Source: Pseudomonadota bacterium
GTDB taxonomy: Bacteria > Pseudomonadota > Gammaproteobacteria > Pseudomonadales > Pseudohongiellaceae
Direction: 5' to 3'
Assembly (NCBI GenBank): GCA_022566775.1
Contig: JADFIJ010000001.1
Span: 110-64,109, forward strand
DNA length: 64,000 nt
In this document: positions 50,607-61,603 of the stretch, one piece after another
Layout of the letters: each line of letters begins with the position of its first letter
Position numbering within the stretch: the stretch's first letter is position 1
Made by a program: the position numbers and the translations under genes
The notes under the pieces: generated by a model
The model's database searches: none
What the model was told of the DNA's origin: nothing
What the model saw: the letters and a program-made list of their open reading frames with translations, nothing else

Positions 50607-51281
50607 ATGGGTCAGAAAGTACATCCAACTGGAATTCGACTTGGCATTATCAAGAAGCATACCTCTGTCTGGTACGCAGAAGGCAGGGATTATGCGCAGT
50701 ACTTGTTGGTGGATCTTCAGGTTCGGGAATTCATTAAGAAAAAATTGGCGAATGCTTCTGTCTCCAGGATTGAAATTGAGCGATCGGCACAGACTGCGAA
50801 GCTCACGATATTTACAGCACGACCGGGAATTGTGATAGGAAAGAAGGGCGAGGATGTAGAGTCCCTGCGCAGGATCCTCACTGAAAAGATGGGCATTCCG
50901 GTGCAGATCAACATCGAGGAAATTCGTAAGCCTGACCTGGATGCGCTGCTGGTTGCAGATAGTGTGGCTTCGCAACTTGAGCGCCGGGTTATGTTTCGCC
51001 GAGCCATGAAACGGGCTGTCCAGAACGCTATGCGGCAGGGTGCGGAAGGTATCAAGGTGCAGGTGGGTGGTCGCCTGGGTGGTGCGGAGATTGCCCGCTC
51101 CGAGTGGTATCGGGAGGGTCGAGTACCCTTGCACACGCTGCGAGCGGATATCGACTATGGAACCGCCGAAGCCCACACGACCTACGGCATTATTGGTGTG
51201 AAGGTTTGGATATTCAAGGGCGAAATCATGAATTTGGATGAGGCTATCGTGCCTTCACGGGCAAAAGCTAAGCAGGGGTAA
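50607..51281 (+). CDS. rpsC: 30S ribosomal protein S3
   Basis: [14 protein letters not shown]... Confidence 0.97.
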   Translation: MGQKVHPTGIRLGIIKKHTSVWYAEGRDYAQYLLVDLQVREFIKKKLANASVSRIEIERSAQTAKLTIFTARPGIVIGKKGEDVESLRRILTEKMGIPVQINIEEIRKPDLDALLVADSVASQLERRVMFRRAMKRAVQNAMRQGAEGIKVQVGGRLGGAEIARSEWYREGRVPLHTLRADIDYGTAEAHTTYGIIGVKVWIFKGEIMNLDEAIVPSRAKAKQG

Positions 51282-51287
51282 AACGAC

Positions 51288-51701
51288 GTGTTGCAACCGA
51301 AGCGTACAAAATTTCGCAAGATGATGAAGGGCCGAAATCGGGGCTTGTCTCATCGTGGCAGTAAAGTAGATTTTGGTGAATTCGGTTTGAAGGCGATATC
51401 ACGGGGTCGCCTGACTGCGAGGCAGATTGAAGCGGCGCGTCGTGCTATGACCAGACACGTGAAGCGTGGTGGAAAAATTTGGATCAGAGTATTTCCGGAC
51501 AAACCAATCACGCAGAAACCTCTGGAAGTCAGGCAAGGTAAGGGTAAGGGTAACGTCGAGTATTGGGTAGCCCAGATTCAACCAGGCAGAATAATGTTTG
51601 AAATTGAAGGTGTCGATGAGGTGCTGGCGCGGGAAGCATTCAGCCTGGCCTCTGCCAAATTACCTTTCGAGACGGCCTTCGTGAAGCGGACGGTAATGTA
51701 A
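51288..51701 (+). CDS. rplP: 50S ribosomal protein L16
   Basis: GTG start. [18 protein letters not shown]... Confidence 0.96.
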   Translation: MLQPKRTKFRKMMKGRNRGLSHRGSKVDFGEFGLKAISRGRLTARQIEAARRAMTRHVKRGGKIWIRVFPDKPITQKPLEVRQGKGKGNVEYWVAQIQPGRIMFEIEGVDEVLAREAFSLASAKLPFETAFVKRTVM

Positions 51702-51898
51702 TGAGAGCCAGTGAATTGAGAGAGAAGACTGTGGCAGAGCTGCAGACTGAGTTACAAGAACTGTTTAAAAACCAGTTTAACTACCGCATGCAGATGAGCA
51801 CGGGGAAAATGGCGCAGTTTCATCTCATTGGTGAAGTGAAGCGAGATATTGCCCGCGTCAAAACGATTATTACTGAAAAAGAGAAAAGTGGATCTTAA
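51701..51898 (+). CDS. rpmC: 50S ribosomal protein L29
   Basis: [18 protein letters not shown]... Confidence 0.95.
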   Translation: MRASELREKTVAELQTELQELFKNQFNYRMQMSTGKMAQFHLIGEVKRDIARVKTIITEKEKSGS

Positions 51899-51900
51899 AT

Positions 51901-52191
51901 ATGTCAGCTAGTGAAGCGTCGGTCAGTGAAAACCAAGAGAGTAGAGCTCGAACTGTTACTGGTAAAGTAGTCAGCAACAAGATGGACAAGTCCATCATTG
52001 TGCTAATTGAACGACGAGTGAAACATCCGGTATATGGCAAGATTGTAAAGAAATCTACCAAGATTCATGCACACGATGCGAACAATGAATGCCTACCCGG
52101 TGATGAAGTCACCATAAAGGAAGTACGACCCATTTCGAAAACCAAGTCCTGGTCACTGGTTTCGATTGATGGAAGGGCAACCCAGGTTTAA
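51901..52191 (+). CDS. rpsQ: 30S ribosomal protein S17
   Basis: ...[31 protein letters not shown]... The N-terminus is about 10 aa longer than the E. coli protein as I recall it. Confidence 0.95.
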   Translation: MSASEASVSENQESRARTVTGKVVSNKMDKSIIVLIERRVKHPVYGKIVKKSTKIHAHDANNECLPGDEVTIKEVRPISKTKSWSLVSIDGRATQV

Positions 52192-52251
52192 GCAGTAAAT
52201 CGGAGTTAAAGAATCTGTATTCCTGATAAGAATGCATGATGGAGTGAATCG

Positions 52252-52620
52252 ATGATTCAAGTGCAGTCATACTTAGATGTCGCAGATAATAGCGGCGCCA
52301 GACGCGTAATGTGTATAAAGGTGTTAGGGGGTTCCCGTCGTCGTTATGCCCGTATCGGTGACGTTATTAAAGTCACCGTTAAAGAGGCGATTCCGCGAGG
52401 CAAGGTAAAAAAGGGCCAGGTATTGACCGCGTTGGTAGTACGCACCAAGAAAGGTGTCAGACGCAGTGATGGTTCCGTAATTCGTTTCGATGACAACGCG
52501 GCGATTTTGCTAAACAACCAGGATGCCCCTATCGGCACTCGAGTGTTTGGCCCGGTTACACGAGAGTTGCGTACCGAAAAATTCATGCGAATTATCTCAT
52601 TGGCGCTTGAAGTACTTTAG
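52252..52620 (+). CDS. rplN: 50S ribosomal protein L14
   Basis: [27 protein letters not shown]... Confidence 0.97.
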   Translation: MIQVQSYLDVADNSGARRVMCIKVLGGSRRRYARIGDVIKVTVKEAIPRGKVKKGQVLTALVVRTKKGVRRSDGSVIRFDDNAAILLNNQDAPIGTRVFGPVTRELRTEKFMRIISLALEVL

Positions 52621-52650
52621 GGCGGTCAGGATACACAGCGAGAGGCGAAA

Positions 52651-52965
52651 ATGCAGAAATTGAAACACGAAGATGAAGTGATAGTGATCGCAGGCAAAGA
52701 TAAAGGAAAACGCGGAACTATATCTCGTCTCGTTGGCAGCAACAGAGTCATCATTGCCGGTGTAAATATGGTAAAGCGCCACACCAAGCCGAACCCGAAT
52801 CTGGGGCAGCCAGGGGGCATCGTAGAGAAAGAGGCGGCCTTACATATTTCCAATATCGCAATTTTTAACCCTCAAACCAACGCTGCGGATCGAGTTGGGA
52901 TTCAGCTAAGCGATGATGGTGCCAAGAAGCGCGTCTTCAAATCAGACGGTCAAGATATAGATTAA
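52651..52965 (+). CDS. rplX: 50S ribosomal protein L24
   Basis: [22 protein letters not shown]... Confidence 0.96.
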   Translation: MQKLKHEDEVIVIAGKDKGKRGTISRLVGSNRVIIAGVNMVKRHTKPNPNLGQPGGIVEKEAALHISNIAIFNPQTNAADRVGIQLSDDGAKKRVFKSDGQDID

Positions 52966-52984
52966 TTAAATCAGGTTGCCACTC

Positions 52985-53773
52985 ATGGCTCAGTTAAGAG
53001 AATTTTACAAGAAAGAAGTAATACCGTCATTAACCAAGCAATTTGCCTATGACAATCCTATGCGTGTGCCCAAGGTCACCAAGGTTGTTCTTAACATGGG
53101 TCTTGGTGAAGCGGTAGCGGACAAAAAGGTACTGGAGAAAGCCACCAGTGACTTGACCATGATTGCCGGTCAGAAAGTCGTCGTTACCAAGGCAAGAAAA
53201 TCCATAGCAGGATTCAAGATCAGGGAAGGCTGGCCAGTTGGCTGTAAGGTGACTCTGCGTGGCGAGCGTATGTACGAATTTTTGGAGAGGCTGGTTAGCA
53301 TCGCCATCCCCCGAATTCGGGATTTTCGCGGCCTGAGCCCCAAGTCCTTCGATGGTCGTGGCAACTTTGCTATGGGTGTGAACGAGCAGATTATTTTTCC
53401 AGAGATCGACTACGACAAGATCGATGCCCTGCGTGGTCTGGATATAACGATTACCACCTCGGCGAAAAATGATGAAGAAGGTCGTGCCCTGTTGACGGCG
53501 TTGCGCTTTCCGTTCCGGAAGCTTACGGTAGTGACCGAAGCAGCATCGGCAGTCAAAGCAGCGGCTAAAGAAGAGCCACCAGTAGTTGAGGAAGCGGCTG
53601 CAGAAAAGGCAGCCGCCGCAAAAGAAGCGATCACAGATGAAGCGCCGGCGCCAGTAGCAGAAGAAGCAGCTACAGAACAGGCACCTGAGGTTGAGGTTGA
53701 AGACGCCGCGGCAGATACAGCCGAGGAGAAGTTGGATGAAGCGGCTGCGGCTAAAGACAAAGAGGAGTCCTGA
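52985..53773 (+). CDS. rplE: 50S ribosomal protein L5 with an 83-aa Ala/Glu-rich C-terminal extension
   Basis: [12 protein letters not shown]...[17 protein letters not shown] forms a complete 179-aa L5 core that ends where the E. coli protein ends. The frame then continues with [35 protein letters not shown]...AAAKDKEES before the stop. Confidence 0.92.
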   Translation: MAQLREFYKKEVIPSLTKQFAYDNPMRVPKVTKVVLNMGLGEAVADKKVLEKATSDLTMIAGQKVVVTKARKSIAGFKIREGWPVGCKVTLRGERMYEFLERLVSIAIPRIRDFRGLSPKSFDGRGNFAMGVNEQIIFPEIDYDKIDALRGLDITITTSAKNDEEGRALLTALRFPFRKLTVVTEAASAVKAAAKEEPPVVEEAAAEKAAAAKEAITDEAPAPVAEEAATEQAPEVEVEDAAADTAEEKLDEAAAAKDKEES

Positions 53774-53775
53774 TA

Positions 53776-54081
53776 ATGGCTAAATCTTCGATGATTGCCA
53801 GAGAAAAAAAGCGATCGAAGCTGGTTGAGAAATACGCGGCCAAGCGAGCAGAGCTTAAAGCCATTCTTAAAGATACGAATGCGAGTGATGATGAAAAGTG
53901 GGCGGCACAGGTCAAGTTTCAGAAACTACCGCGGGATTCCAGTCCTGTTCGTCAGCGGAGTCGTTGTCAGATAACCGGTCGTCCCCGTGGTGTATATCGG
54001 AAATTTGGCTTGTGCCGTAACAAGCTTCGTGAAGCGGCGATGCGCGGAGATGTGCCTGGTTTAACCAAGGCTAGCTGGTAG
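53776..54081 (+). CDS. rpsN: 30S ribosomal protein S14
   Basis: [13 protein letters not shown]...[21 protein letters not shown]. Confidence 0.96.
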   Translation: MAKSSMIAREKKRSKLVEKYAAKRAELKAILKDTNASDDEKWAAQVKFQKLPRDSSPVRQRSRCQITGRPRGVYRKFGLCRNKLREAAMRGDVPGLTKASW

Positions 54082-54095
54082 GACGGGAGAAAAAT

Positions 54096-54491
54096 ATGAG
54101 TATGTCAGATCCAATTGCAGATTTTTTGACCCGCATCCGCAATGCCCAGATGGCCCATAAGCCATCGGTTAGTTGTCCTTCTTCGAAGATCAAGCTTGCG
54201 CTTAGCAAGGTGCTGGAAGACGAAGGCTTTATTAGCGGTTACGCAGTTGACGATAACGCCGGCAAGCCGGTGATCAATGTGGAGTTGAAGTATTTCCAGG
54301 GCCGACCTGTTATCGAAGAAATCAAACGCATCAGTCGACCCGGGCTTCGCAATTACACGGGATCGGAAAATTTACCCAAGAACAGAGCCGGATTGGGAAT
54401 AGCGATCATGTCTACAAACAAGGGTTTGATGACAGCGAAACAAGCAAGCGCCGCCGGCATTGGCGGCGAAGTATTGTGCACAGTTTTCTAA
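54096..54491 (+). CDS. rpsH: 30S ribosomal protein S8
   Basis: [17 protein letters not shown]... Confidence 0.96.
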   Translation: MSMSDPIADFLTRIRNAQMAHKPSVSCPSSKIKLALSKVLEDEGFISGYAVDDNAGKPVINVELKYFQGRPVIEEIKRISRPGLRNYTGSENLPKNRAGLGIAIMSTNKGLMTAKQASAAGIGGEVLCTVF

Positions 54492-54520
54492 TTAGATCAT
54501 AGAACCAATAGAGCAGGAAT

Positions 54521-55054
54521 ATGTCCAGAGTAGCCAGTAGCCCGGTAGAAATACCCAAAGGCGTAGAAACCACTTTAAGCGAATCACATATTTCGATTAA
54601 AGGCAGCAAGGGAGATCTTCAGCTAGCCCTGCACAAACTTGTGGGTGTCTCCCAGGAAGGTGAAGTAATAAAAGTTTCCGCTAAAGACGCGACCAAGCAG
54701 GCGGGGGCTTTAGCAGGAACGTTTCGCGCCCTGATCAACAATATGGTCGTTGGCGTCAGCCAGGGTTTTGAGAAGAGACTCGAGCTGCAAGGCGTAGGTT
54801 ACCGGGCCAAGGCCCAGGGATCGAACATTAATTTAACGGTGGGGTATTCACATACCATCGATTACAAACTACCCGAAGGGGTCAAAGTTGAAACGCCATC
54901 GCAGACGGAAATTGTCATATCTGGCGCTGACAAGCAGTTGGTAGGACAGGTTGCAGCAGAGATCAGAAAATTTCGTCCACCTGAGCCTTATAAAGGCAAG
55001 GGTATTCGCTACGTGGGTGAGCATGTATACAGAAAAGAAGCGAAGAAGAAATAA
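54521..55054 (+). CDS. rplF: 50S ribosomal protein L6
   Basis: MSRVASSPVEIPKGVE... Confidence 0.96.
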   Translation: MSRVASSPVEIPKGVETTLSESHISIKGSKGDLQLALHKLVGVSQEGEVIKVSAKDATKQAGALAGTFRALINNMVVGVSQGFEKRLELQGVGYRAKAQGSNINLTVGYSHTIDYKLPEGVKVETPSQTEIVISGADKQLVGQVAAEIRKFRPPEPYKGKGIRYVGEHVYRKEAKKK

Positions 55055-55063
55055 GGCATACTT

Positions 55064-55414
55064 ATGAGTATAAAGAAGACAGCCCGTCTGCGTAGAGCCA
55101 GGCGAACGCGAGCAAAGATCAGCGAACTGCGGGTGAATCGATTGTGTGTGTATCGCTCGCCGAGACACATCTATGCGCAGGTTATTTCGCCCAATGGCAA
55201 TGAAATTTTGGCCAGTGCATCCACCGTTGAGAAAGCGATCAAGGCGGGTGCAACGGGCAATATTGAAGCCGCAGGCAATATTGGGAAGCTGATTGCCGAA
55301 CGAGCCAAAGCAGCCGGAATCGATAAGGTCGCTTTTGACCGATCCGGTTACGCATATCACGGTCGCATCAAAGCGCTAGCCGAGGCTGCGCGTGAAGGCG
55401 GATTGGAATTTTAA
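55064..55414 (+). CDS. rplR: 50S ribosomal protein L18
   Basis: ...[18 protein letters not shown]...[26 protein letters not shown]. Confidence 0.96.
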   Translation: MSIKKTARLRRARRTRAKISELRVNRLCVYRSPRHIYAQVISPNGNEILASASTVEKAIKAGATGNIEAAGNIGKLIAERAKAAGIDKVAFDRSGYAYHGRIKALAEAAREGGLEF

Positions 55415-55424
55415 AGGTTGAGAT

Positions 55425-55934
55425 ATGGCATTTAAACACGATTCAGGCAAGAACGAAGAAGGGCTGCAGGAAAAGCTTATCCAGGTTAACCGCGTGGCCA
55501 AGGTGGTTAAGGGCGGCCGTGTTTTCGGTTTTACCGCGCTGGCGGCGGTTGGTGATGGCAATGGCCGCGTAGGTTTTGGTCGAGGTAAGGCCAGGGAAGT
55601 GCCCCTGGCTATTCAGAAGGCGATGGAGTCAGCACGACGTAACATGATCAGCGTGAATCTGGACGGCAATACCCTGCAATATGCGATCAAGTCGCGCCAT
55701 GGCGCCTCCAAGGTCTACATGCAACCAGCTTCTGAAGGTACCGGTGTAATTGCAGGAGGTGCAATGCGTGCGATCCTCGAACTGGCCGGCATTCAGAATG
55801 TATTGGCGAAGTGCTATGGATCAACCAATCCGGTAAACGTGGTGCGAGCCACATTCAAGGGACTGCGCGATATGCGTTCTCCAGAAGACATTGCAGCCAA
55901 GCGTGGCAAGACATTGGAAGAAATTGCAGGTTAG
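55425..55934 (+). CDS. rpsE: 30S ribosomal protein S5
   Basis: ...[39 protein letters not shown]... Confidence 0.96.
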   Translation: MAFKHDSGKNEEGLQEKLIQVNRVAKVVKGGRVFGFTALAAVGDGNGRVGFGRGKAREVPLAIQKAMESARRNMISVNLDGNTLQYAIKSRHGASKVYMQPASEGTGVIAGGAMRAILELAGIQNVLAKCYGSTNPVNVVRATFKGLRDMRSPEDIAAKRGKTLEEIAG

Positions 55935-55938
55935 GAAA

Positions 55939-56127
55939 ATGGCCAAGAAGAAAGTTAAAATTACACTGGTGCAAAGTCCTATTGGCGCTTTGCCCAAACA
56001 CAAACTCTGCATTAAGGGGCTGGGTTTGAAGCGCATGCATCAGTCTGTTGAAGTGGAAGACACTCCAGCTGTTCGTGGCATGATCAACAAGGTTCACTAC
56101 ATGTTGGCGATTGAGGGAGAGGGCTAA
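55939..56127 (+). CDS. rpmD: 50S ribosomal protein L30
   Basis: The internal ATG of ORF 55891.. gives [22 protein letters not shown]. It starts 4 nt after the rpsE stop. Confidence 0.93.
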   Translation: MAKKKVKITLVQSPIGALPKHKLCIKGLGLKRMHQSVEVEDTPAVRGMINKVHYMLAIEGEG

Positions 56128-56130
56128 ATA

Positions 56131-56733
56131 ATGCAGCTGAATAGTTTGAGTCCTGCTCCAGGCAGTAGAAAAGCGAGAAAGCGAGTCGGTCGGGGCATAG
56201 GCAGCGGTTGGGGTAAAACCTGCGGTACTGGACACAAGGGCCAGAAATCTCGAAGCGGTGGCACGGTGAGGCCAGGATTTGAGGGTGGGCAGATGCCATT
56301 GCAAATGCGGCTGCCTAAATTTGGTTTTAGCTCTCGAGTAGGCCGCATTACGGCTGAAGTACGAACATCCGAGCTTAATAAAATCGATGCAGACATCATC
56401 GATGTGGCGGCATTGCGTAAGGCGAATTTGATCACGGCAGGCATTAAACGCGTCAAGGTAATGTTGTCCGGTGACATCAACAGGGCGGTTACCTTGCAGG
56501 GTATCGGCGTCACCAGGGGTGCACGGGCTGCGATTGAAGCCGCTGGAGGTAAGGTAATTGAAGCCGAAGCTGCACCTGCAAAAGGCAAGCTGGTTAAGAA
56601 AGCGGCGAGGGCTGAGACAGCTTCTGAACCCAAGCCGGTAGCAAAAGAGAAACCGGTAAAAAAAGAGAAACCGGCTGCGGAGGCTCTGGCAGCCGATGAA
56701 GCAGCAGACGACCCATCGGCAAAAGACGATTAG
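56131..56733 (+). CDS. rplO: 50S ribosomal protein L15 with an about 55-aa Lys/Ala/Glu/Pro-rich C-terminal extension
   Basis: [38 protein letters not shown]...[15 protein letters not shown] forms the normal core of about 145 aa. It is followed by [56 protein letters not shown]. Confidence 0.92.
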   Translation: MQLNSLSPAPGSRKARKRVGRGIGSGWGKTCGTGHKGQKSRSGGTVRPGFEGGQMPLQMRLPKFGFSSRVGRITAEVRTSELNKIDADIIDVAALRKANLITAGIKRVKVMLSGDINRAVTLQGIGVTRGARAAIEAAGGKVIEAEAAPAKGKLVKKAARAETASEPKPVAKEKPVKKEKPAAEALAADEAADDPSAKDD

Positions 56734-56754
56734 CGTAGAAGACATTTAAAAAAG

Positions 56755-58080
56755 ATGGCCAAAAAACCAAACATTAATCCAGAAAACATAGGCGCCGGCC
56801 TCGGTGAGCTGAAGTCCCGCCTGTTGTTTTTGCTGTTTGCCCTGTTCGTCTACCGCATCGGGACCCATATGCCGGTGCCAGGCATAGATCCACTGCAGTT
56901 GGCGGCATTCTTCGATCAGAACGAGGGTACCTTTGCGGGCCTGTTCAATATGTTTTCCGGCGGCGCCCTGGAACGCATGAGTATCGTAGCTCTGGGCATC
57001 ATGCCCTACATCTCCGCATCGATCATCATGCAACTCTTGTCGGCAGTAAGCCCGCATTTAGAGCAGCTGAAGAAGGAAGGCGAATCCGGTCGCCGCAAGA
57101 TTACACAGTACACACGTTATGGTGCGTTGGTGCTGGCGACGCTGCAGGGCACCGGCATGACCGTTGGGCTGCTGTCTCCTATGGCCTACGCGCCGGGGCT
57201 GGCATTTAACCTGACGGCAATTATTTCCCTGGTTACCGGCGCCATGTTCCTGATGTGGTTGGGTGAGCAGATTACAGAAAAAGGCATTGGCAACGGCATT
57301 TCCATGCTTATTTTTGCCGGTATCGTCTCGGGATTTCCGGCGGCAATTGGTACCTCTCTGACCCAGGCCTATGAAGGCCAGATCAGTGGTGTGCTACTGC
57401 TGGTGGTAGCTCTGATCGCGATCGGCGTGGTGGCCTGTATCGTTTACATCGAGCGCGCACAGCGTCGTATCACGGTGAACTACGCGAAGCGCCAGCAGGG
57501 CAGGAAACTCTACCAGGCACAGTCCAGCCATCTGCCACTCAAGATCAATATGGCGGGTGTGATTCCTGCTATTTTTGCCAGTAGCATATTGTTGTTCCCG
57601 GCATCGTTGGGGCAGTGGTTTGGTCAATCGGAAGGGTCTGAATGGTTGCAGGATATTGCCCTGATGATCGGTCCTGGCCAGCCCCTGTATCTGATTATTT
57701 TTAGCGCCATGATTATTTTCTTCTGCTTCTTTTATACGGCGCTGGTATTTAACCCCCGCGACGTAGCCCAAAACCTGCAGAGATCCGGTGCCTTTATTCC
57801 TGGCATCAGGCCGGGTGAGCAAACTGCAAAGTACATCGATGGTGTGATTACACGATTGACTATGTTCGGAGCGATTTACATTACTCTCGTCTGTTTGTTA
57901 CCACAGTTCATGCAGATGCTCGCCTCTGTCCCCTTCAACCTGGGTGGCACGGCACTGTTGATATCTGTGGTGGTAACCATGGATTTCTGGTCGCAGGTGC
58001 AATCGCATTTGATGTCACATCAGTACGATTCCCTGATGAAGAAATCGAAACTGGGCAGTTATGGTCGGAGTGGCATATAG
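56755..58080 (+). CDS. secY: Preprotein translocase subunit SecY
   Basis: ...[29 protein letters not shown]... with 10 TM segments. Confidence 0.97.
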   Translation: MAKKPNINPENIGAGLGELKSRLLFLLFALFVYRIGTHMPVPGIDPLQLAAFFDQNEGTFAGLFNMFSGGALERMSIVALGIMPYISASIIMQLLSAVSPHLEQLKKEGESGRRKITQYTRYGALVLATLQGTGMTVGLLSPMAYAPGLAFNLTAIISLVTGAMFLMWLGEQITEKGIGNGISMLIFAGIVSGFPAAIGTSLTQAYEGQISGVLLLVVALIAIGVVACIVYIERAQRRITVNYAKRQQGRKLYQAQSSHLPLKINMAGVIPAIFASSILLFPASLGQWFGQSEGSEWLQDIALMIGPGQPLYLIIFSAMIIFFCFFYTALVFNPRDVAQNLQRSGAFIPGIRPGEQTAKYIDGVITRLTMFGAIYITLVCLLPQFMQMLASVPFNLGGTALLISVVVTMDFWSQVQSHLMSHQYDSLMKKSKLGSYGRSGI

Positions 58081-58097
58081 GAAAAAATGGGTAAATA

Positions 58098-58169
58098 GGG
58101 GACAGGTTTATTTTTCGAATTCAGATGTCACCTATCGATAGTAAATGGTCAAAAAATAATTCTGTCCCC
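58098..58169. repeat. Long hairpin element A (secY|rpmJ junction)
   Basis: ggggacaggtttattttt pairs with aaaaataattctgtcccc (16 Watson-Crick pairs, 1 G-U pair, 1 mismatch). The loop is 36 nt, and CTTTTTT follows on the + strand. Confidence 0.65.
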
Positions 58170-58196
58170 CTTTTTTCCTATCCATCGGAGATAGAA

Positions 58197-58313
58197 ATGA
58201 AAGTTAGAGCATCGGTAAAGAAAATCTGCCGCAACTGTAAAGTCATCAGGCGCAAAGGTGTGGTAAGAGTAATTTGTAAATCTGAGCCTCGTCATAAGCA
58301 ACGGCAGGGCTAG
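58197..58313 (+). CDS. rpmJ: 50S ribosomal protein L36
   Basis: The internal ATG of ORF 58125.. gives [38 protein letters not shown]. Confidence 0.95.
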   Translation: MKVRASVKKICRNCKVIRRKGVVRVICKSEPRHKQRQG

Positions 58314-58354
58314 TTTTTTAGTTCGGGTAAATGGGAATATAACGGAGTAAATCT

Positions 58355-58711
58355 ATGGCACGTATTGCCGGGGTTAACATACCAGACAATAAACATATCG
58401 TAATCTCCTTACGCTATGTCTATGGCATTGGTACCACAACTGCGCAGGCAGTATGTGAGGCGGCAGGTATTAAACCTTCTGCTAAAACTGGTGAGCTGAG
58501 TCCTGAGCAGTTGGATAGTGTTCGAGCCGAGGTGGCCAAGGTTCCAACCGAAGGTGATTTACGCAGAGAAGTCTCTATGAACATCAAGCGATTGATGGAT
58601 CTCGGTTGTAACCGCGGGATTCGTCACCGTCGCTCGCTTCCTGTCCGGGGCCAGCGTACCAAGACCAATGCGAGAACCAGAAAGGGTCCAAGAAAGCCAA
58701 TCCGCAGGTAA
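58355..58711 (+). CDS. rpsM: 30S ribosomal protein S13
   Basis: [14 protein letters not shown]... Confidence 0.97.
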   Translation: MARIAGVNIPDNKHIVISLRYVYGIGTTTAQAVCEAAGIKPSAKTGELSPEQLDSVRAEVAKVPTEGDLRREVSMNIKRLMDLGCNRGIRHRRSLPVRGQRTKTNARTRKGPRKPIRR

Positions 58712-58780
58712 ACAAACCTCATGACGCTTCGTCAAACCCAGAACGGAGCAAGCACGCTGTAAGGCGAGATGGAATAATTT

Positions 58781-59176
58781 ATGGCAAAGCCAGCAGAGAA
58801 ATCGACAAAAAAGAAATCACGTACCGCCGTCATCGATGGCATTGCGCATATTCATGCCTCTTTTAATAATACGATCATCACTATTACCGATCGCCAGGGC
58901 AACGCGCTCAGTTGGGCGACTGCCGGAGGTTCCGGTTTCAGAGGCTCCCGGAAAAGCACTCCCTTCGCCGCCCAGGTAGCCGCCGAAAAGGCCGGTAAGG
59001 CCGCGATCGAGAACTATGGTTTGAGAAACCTGGATGTAAAAGTTAATGGACCCGGACCCGGGCGCGAGTCTGCAGTTAGAGCGCTGAATACCTGTGGTCT
59101 GAGAATAGGCAACATCACCGATGTAACGCCGATTCCACATAATGGCTGCCGACCGCCGAAGAAGCGGCGTGTGTAA
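58781..59176 (+). CDS. rpsK: 30S ribosomal protein S11
   Basis: ...[30 protein letters not shown]... Confidence 0.97.
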   Translation: MAKPAEKSTKKKSRTAVIDGIAHIHASFNNTIITITDRQGNALSWATAGGSGFRGSRKSTPFAAQVAAEKAGKAAIENYGLRNLDVKVNGPGPGRESAVRALNTCGLRIGNITDVTPIPHNGCRPPKKRRV

Positions 59177-59181
59177 AATAG

Positions 59182-59260
59182 AAAGGGGACAGATTTATTT
59201 CTTAAATAGAGACAGCAAGTTTCTAATAAATATGAATCAAAAAATAAATCTGTCCCCTTT
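59182..59260. repeat. Long hairpin element B (rpsK|rpsD junction)
   Basis: Perfect 19-bp stem aaaggggacagatttattt / aaataaatctgtccccttt with a 41-nt loop. Confidence 0.7.
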
Positions 59261-59278
59261 TAATTCAGGAGATGAAAT

Positions 59279-59899
59279 ATGGCCCGCTATTTAGGCCCAA
59301 CGTGTAAGTTAGCCCGTCGCGAGGGGACCGATTTGTTCCTCAAGAGCGGCGTGCGCCCAATCGACAGTAAGTGCAAGACAGACGTCATACCTGGCCAGCA
59401 AGGTCAGCGCCGTGGACGGCTTTCCGATTACGGAGTACAGCTGCGTGAGAAGCAAAAAGTCAGACGCATCTACGGCGTACTGGAAAAACAATTTCGGGGC
59501 TATTACAAGGAAGCCGCACGACTGAAGGGAGCGACCGGTGAGAATTTGCTGCAGCTGCTGGAATGTCGACTGGATAACGTGGTGTATCGAATGGGTTTTG
59601 GCTCAACCCGCGCAGAATCACGGCAGTTGGTCGCCCATAAGTCGATTACTGTCAACGGTGAAGTCGTCAATATTGCTTCTTACCAGGTTCGTGAGGGCGA
59701 TGTAGTCGCCGTGAGACAAAAGGCCAAGGAACAGCTACGAATTAAATCTGCATTGGAATTGGCTGCGCAGCGCAGTGAAGTCGACTGGGTTTCTGTGGAT
59801 CAAGGTAAACTCGAGGGACAGTTTACTCGAAAGCCCGATAGAGCCGATCTGCCTGCTGAGATTAATGAAAATCTAATCGTCGAGCTTTATTCCAAGTAG
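59279..59899 (+). CDS. rpsD: 30S ribosomal protein S4
   Basis: [23 protein letters not shown]... Confidence 0.97.
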   Translation: MARYLGPTCKLARREGTDLFLKSGVRPIDSKCKTDVIPGQQGQRRGRLSDYGVQLREKQKVRRIYGVLEKQFRGYYKEAARLKGATGENLLQLLECRLDNVVYRMGFGSTRAESRQLVAHKSITVNGEVVNIASYQVREGDVVAVRQKAKEQLRIKSALELAAQRSEVDWVSVDQGKLEGQFTRKPDRADLPAEINENLIVELYSK

Positions 59900-59925
59900 T
59901 GACAATCACAAATAGGAAGGATTTC

Positions 59926-60924
59926 ATGCAAATTTCTTTATCAGATTTTTTAACACCGCAAGTGATACAAGTTGATGAGTTCGACTCGTGCCATTCCAGG
60001 GTGGTTCTGGAGCCGCTAGAGCGGGGCTTTGGCCATACGCTGGGGAACGCCCTGCGGCGAATTTTGCTTTCCTCTATGCCCGGTTGTGCCATAGAAGAAG
60101 TTGAAATTGACGGCGTGGTCCATGAGTACAGCACCATAGAAGGTGTGCGGGAAGATGTGATTGAAATTCTGTTAAACCTTAAGGGCGTCGCCATTGTTCT
60201 TAATAATAAGGATGAAGTGGTTTTCAACCTGAGCAAGAAAGGCGCGGGCGTGGTTACTGCCGGCGATATTGCCATCGATCATGACGTGGAGATCATCAAT
60301 CCGGATCATGTTATTGCCAATCTCAACAGCAATGGTGAGATTAATATGCGTCTCACCGTACGCAAGGGCAGAGGGTATTCTCCGGCGGACAGTCGAGTGC
60401 AAGATGATGATGAAACTCGTTCGGTGGGAAAATTATTGCTGGATGCCTCTTACAGCCCGGTTAGAAGAATATCTTATTCCGTCGAGAGCGCCCGCGTCGA
60501 GCAGCGAACCGACCTGGATAAACTGATTATAGATCTGGAAACCAATGGCACTATCGAACCGGAAGAAGCGATTCGCCGTGCCGCCACAATCTTGCAACAT
60601 CAGCTGGCAGTATTCGTTGACCTTCAGAGTGAAATTATCGCCGAACCAGAAGAGCGTGAAGACGAGATCGATCCAATCTTGTTGCGTCCGGTAGACGATC
60701 TGGAGTTAACGGTGCGCTCAGCCAACTGCCTGAAGGCAGAAGATATTTACTACATCGGTGATTTGATTCAGCGCACCGAAGTGGAACTGTTGAAGACTCC
60801 GAATCTGGGTAAGAAGTCACTGACTGAAATCAAGGATGTGTTGGCAACTCGAGGTCTGTCTTTGGGGCTGCGCCTGGAAAACTGGCCGCCATCCAGTCTT
60901 AAATCTGATGACCGGGCAGCATAG
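59926..60924 (+). CDS. rpoA: DNA-directed RNA polymerase subunit alpha
   Basis: The ATG at 59926 follows [25 protein letters not shown]...[17 protein letters not shown]... Confidence 0.96.
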   Translation: MQISLSDFLTPQVIQVDEFDSCHSRVVLEPLERGFGHTLGNALRRILLSSMPGCAIEEVEIDGVVHEYSTIEGVREDVIEILLNLKGVAIVLNNKDEVVFNLSKKGAGVVTAGDIAIDHDVEIINPDHVIANLNSNGEINMRLTVRKGRGYSPADSRVQDDDETRSVGKLLLDASYSPVRRISYSVESARVEQRTDLDKLIIDLETNGTIEPEEAIRRAATILQHQLAVFVDLQSEIIAEPEEREDEIDPILLRPVDDLELTVRSANCLKAEDIYYIGDLIQRTEVELLKTPNLGKKSLTEIKDVLATRGLSLGLRLENWPPSSLKSDDRAA

Positions 60925-60935
60925 CCGCATTTTTT

Positions 60936-61007
60936 GGGGTCAGAGTAAAATTTCGTCACGCCAGGTAATTGAGTTGAATTCCCAGATCGAATTTTTACTC
61001 TGACCCC
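60936..61007. repeat. Long hairpin element C (rpoA|rplQ junction)
   Basis: ggggtcagagtaaaatttcg pairs with cgaatttttactctgacccc (15 bp perfect, then 1 mismatch, then 4 bp). The loop is 32 nt. Confidence 0.65.
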
Positions 61008-61033
61008 GGTATTTAATAACAGGTAGAAGAGAT

Positions 61034-61432
61034 ATGCGTCATCGACACAGCGGCCGCCAACTAAATCGAAATAGTTCGCACCGGAAAGCTATGTTTCGGA
61101 ACATGACTATTTCATTGGTCGAGCATGAGATTATCAAAACCACTCTGATCAAGGCTAAAGAGCTGAGATCGGTGGCGGAGCCTTTGATTACCCTGGCCAA
61201 GAAAGACAGCGTGGCGAATCGCCGCCTCGCCTTCAATCGTACTCGAAGCAAAGCCACGGTTGGTAAATTGTTTACCGAATTGGGTCCGCGTTACAGCGAT
61301 CGCCCGGGTGGTTACATTCGCATCTTGAAGTGCAGTGAACGGGCCGGAGACAAAGCGCCCATGGCCTATGTTGAATTGGTGGATCGACCCCTGCCGGAGC
61401 TTGCTTCGGAAGCGGGAGAGTCAGAAAAATAA
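61034..61432 (+). CDS. rplQ: 50S ribosomal protein L17
   Basis: [24 protein letters not shown]... Confidence 0.97.
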   Translation: MRHRHSGRQLNRNSSHRKAMFRNMTISLVEHEIIKTTLIKAKELRSVAEPLITLAKKDSVANRRLAFNRTRSKATVGKLFTELGPRYSDRPGGYIRILKCSERAGDKAPMAYVELVDRPLPELASEAGESEK

Positions 61433-61488
61433 GCTGAAAGAATTACGGCGGCTCTGATCAGAGGTGCCTTCGCAGTCATGCCTTTAAG

Positions 61489-61513
61489 AAAGCCGAGTTA
61501 TGCTCGGCTTTTT
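61489..61513 (+). terminator. Intrinsic terminator ending the alpha operon
   Basis: Stem aaagccgag / ctcggcttt followed by a T tail. Confidence 0.7.
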
Positions 61514-61603
61514 ATGTTTGAGGCTGGCAGGACCGCGGTGTCGAAGTATTACGCCGACACGCTATCACTATCTTAAGACAGGACTATTCGTAAGGGACCT
61601 ACA

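Noticed and set aside
53520-53773. Repetitive GCN/GAA-rich DNA that might be a tandem repeat or CRISPR-like array
   Set aside because: There is no regular repeat-spacer periodicity. It is in-frame low-complexity coding sequence (the uL5 tail). No CRISPR array is present anywhere in the window.
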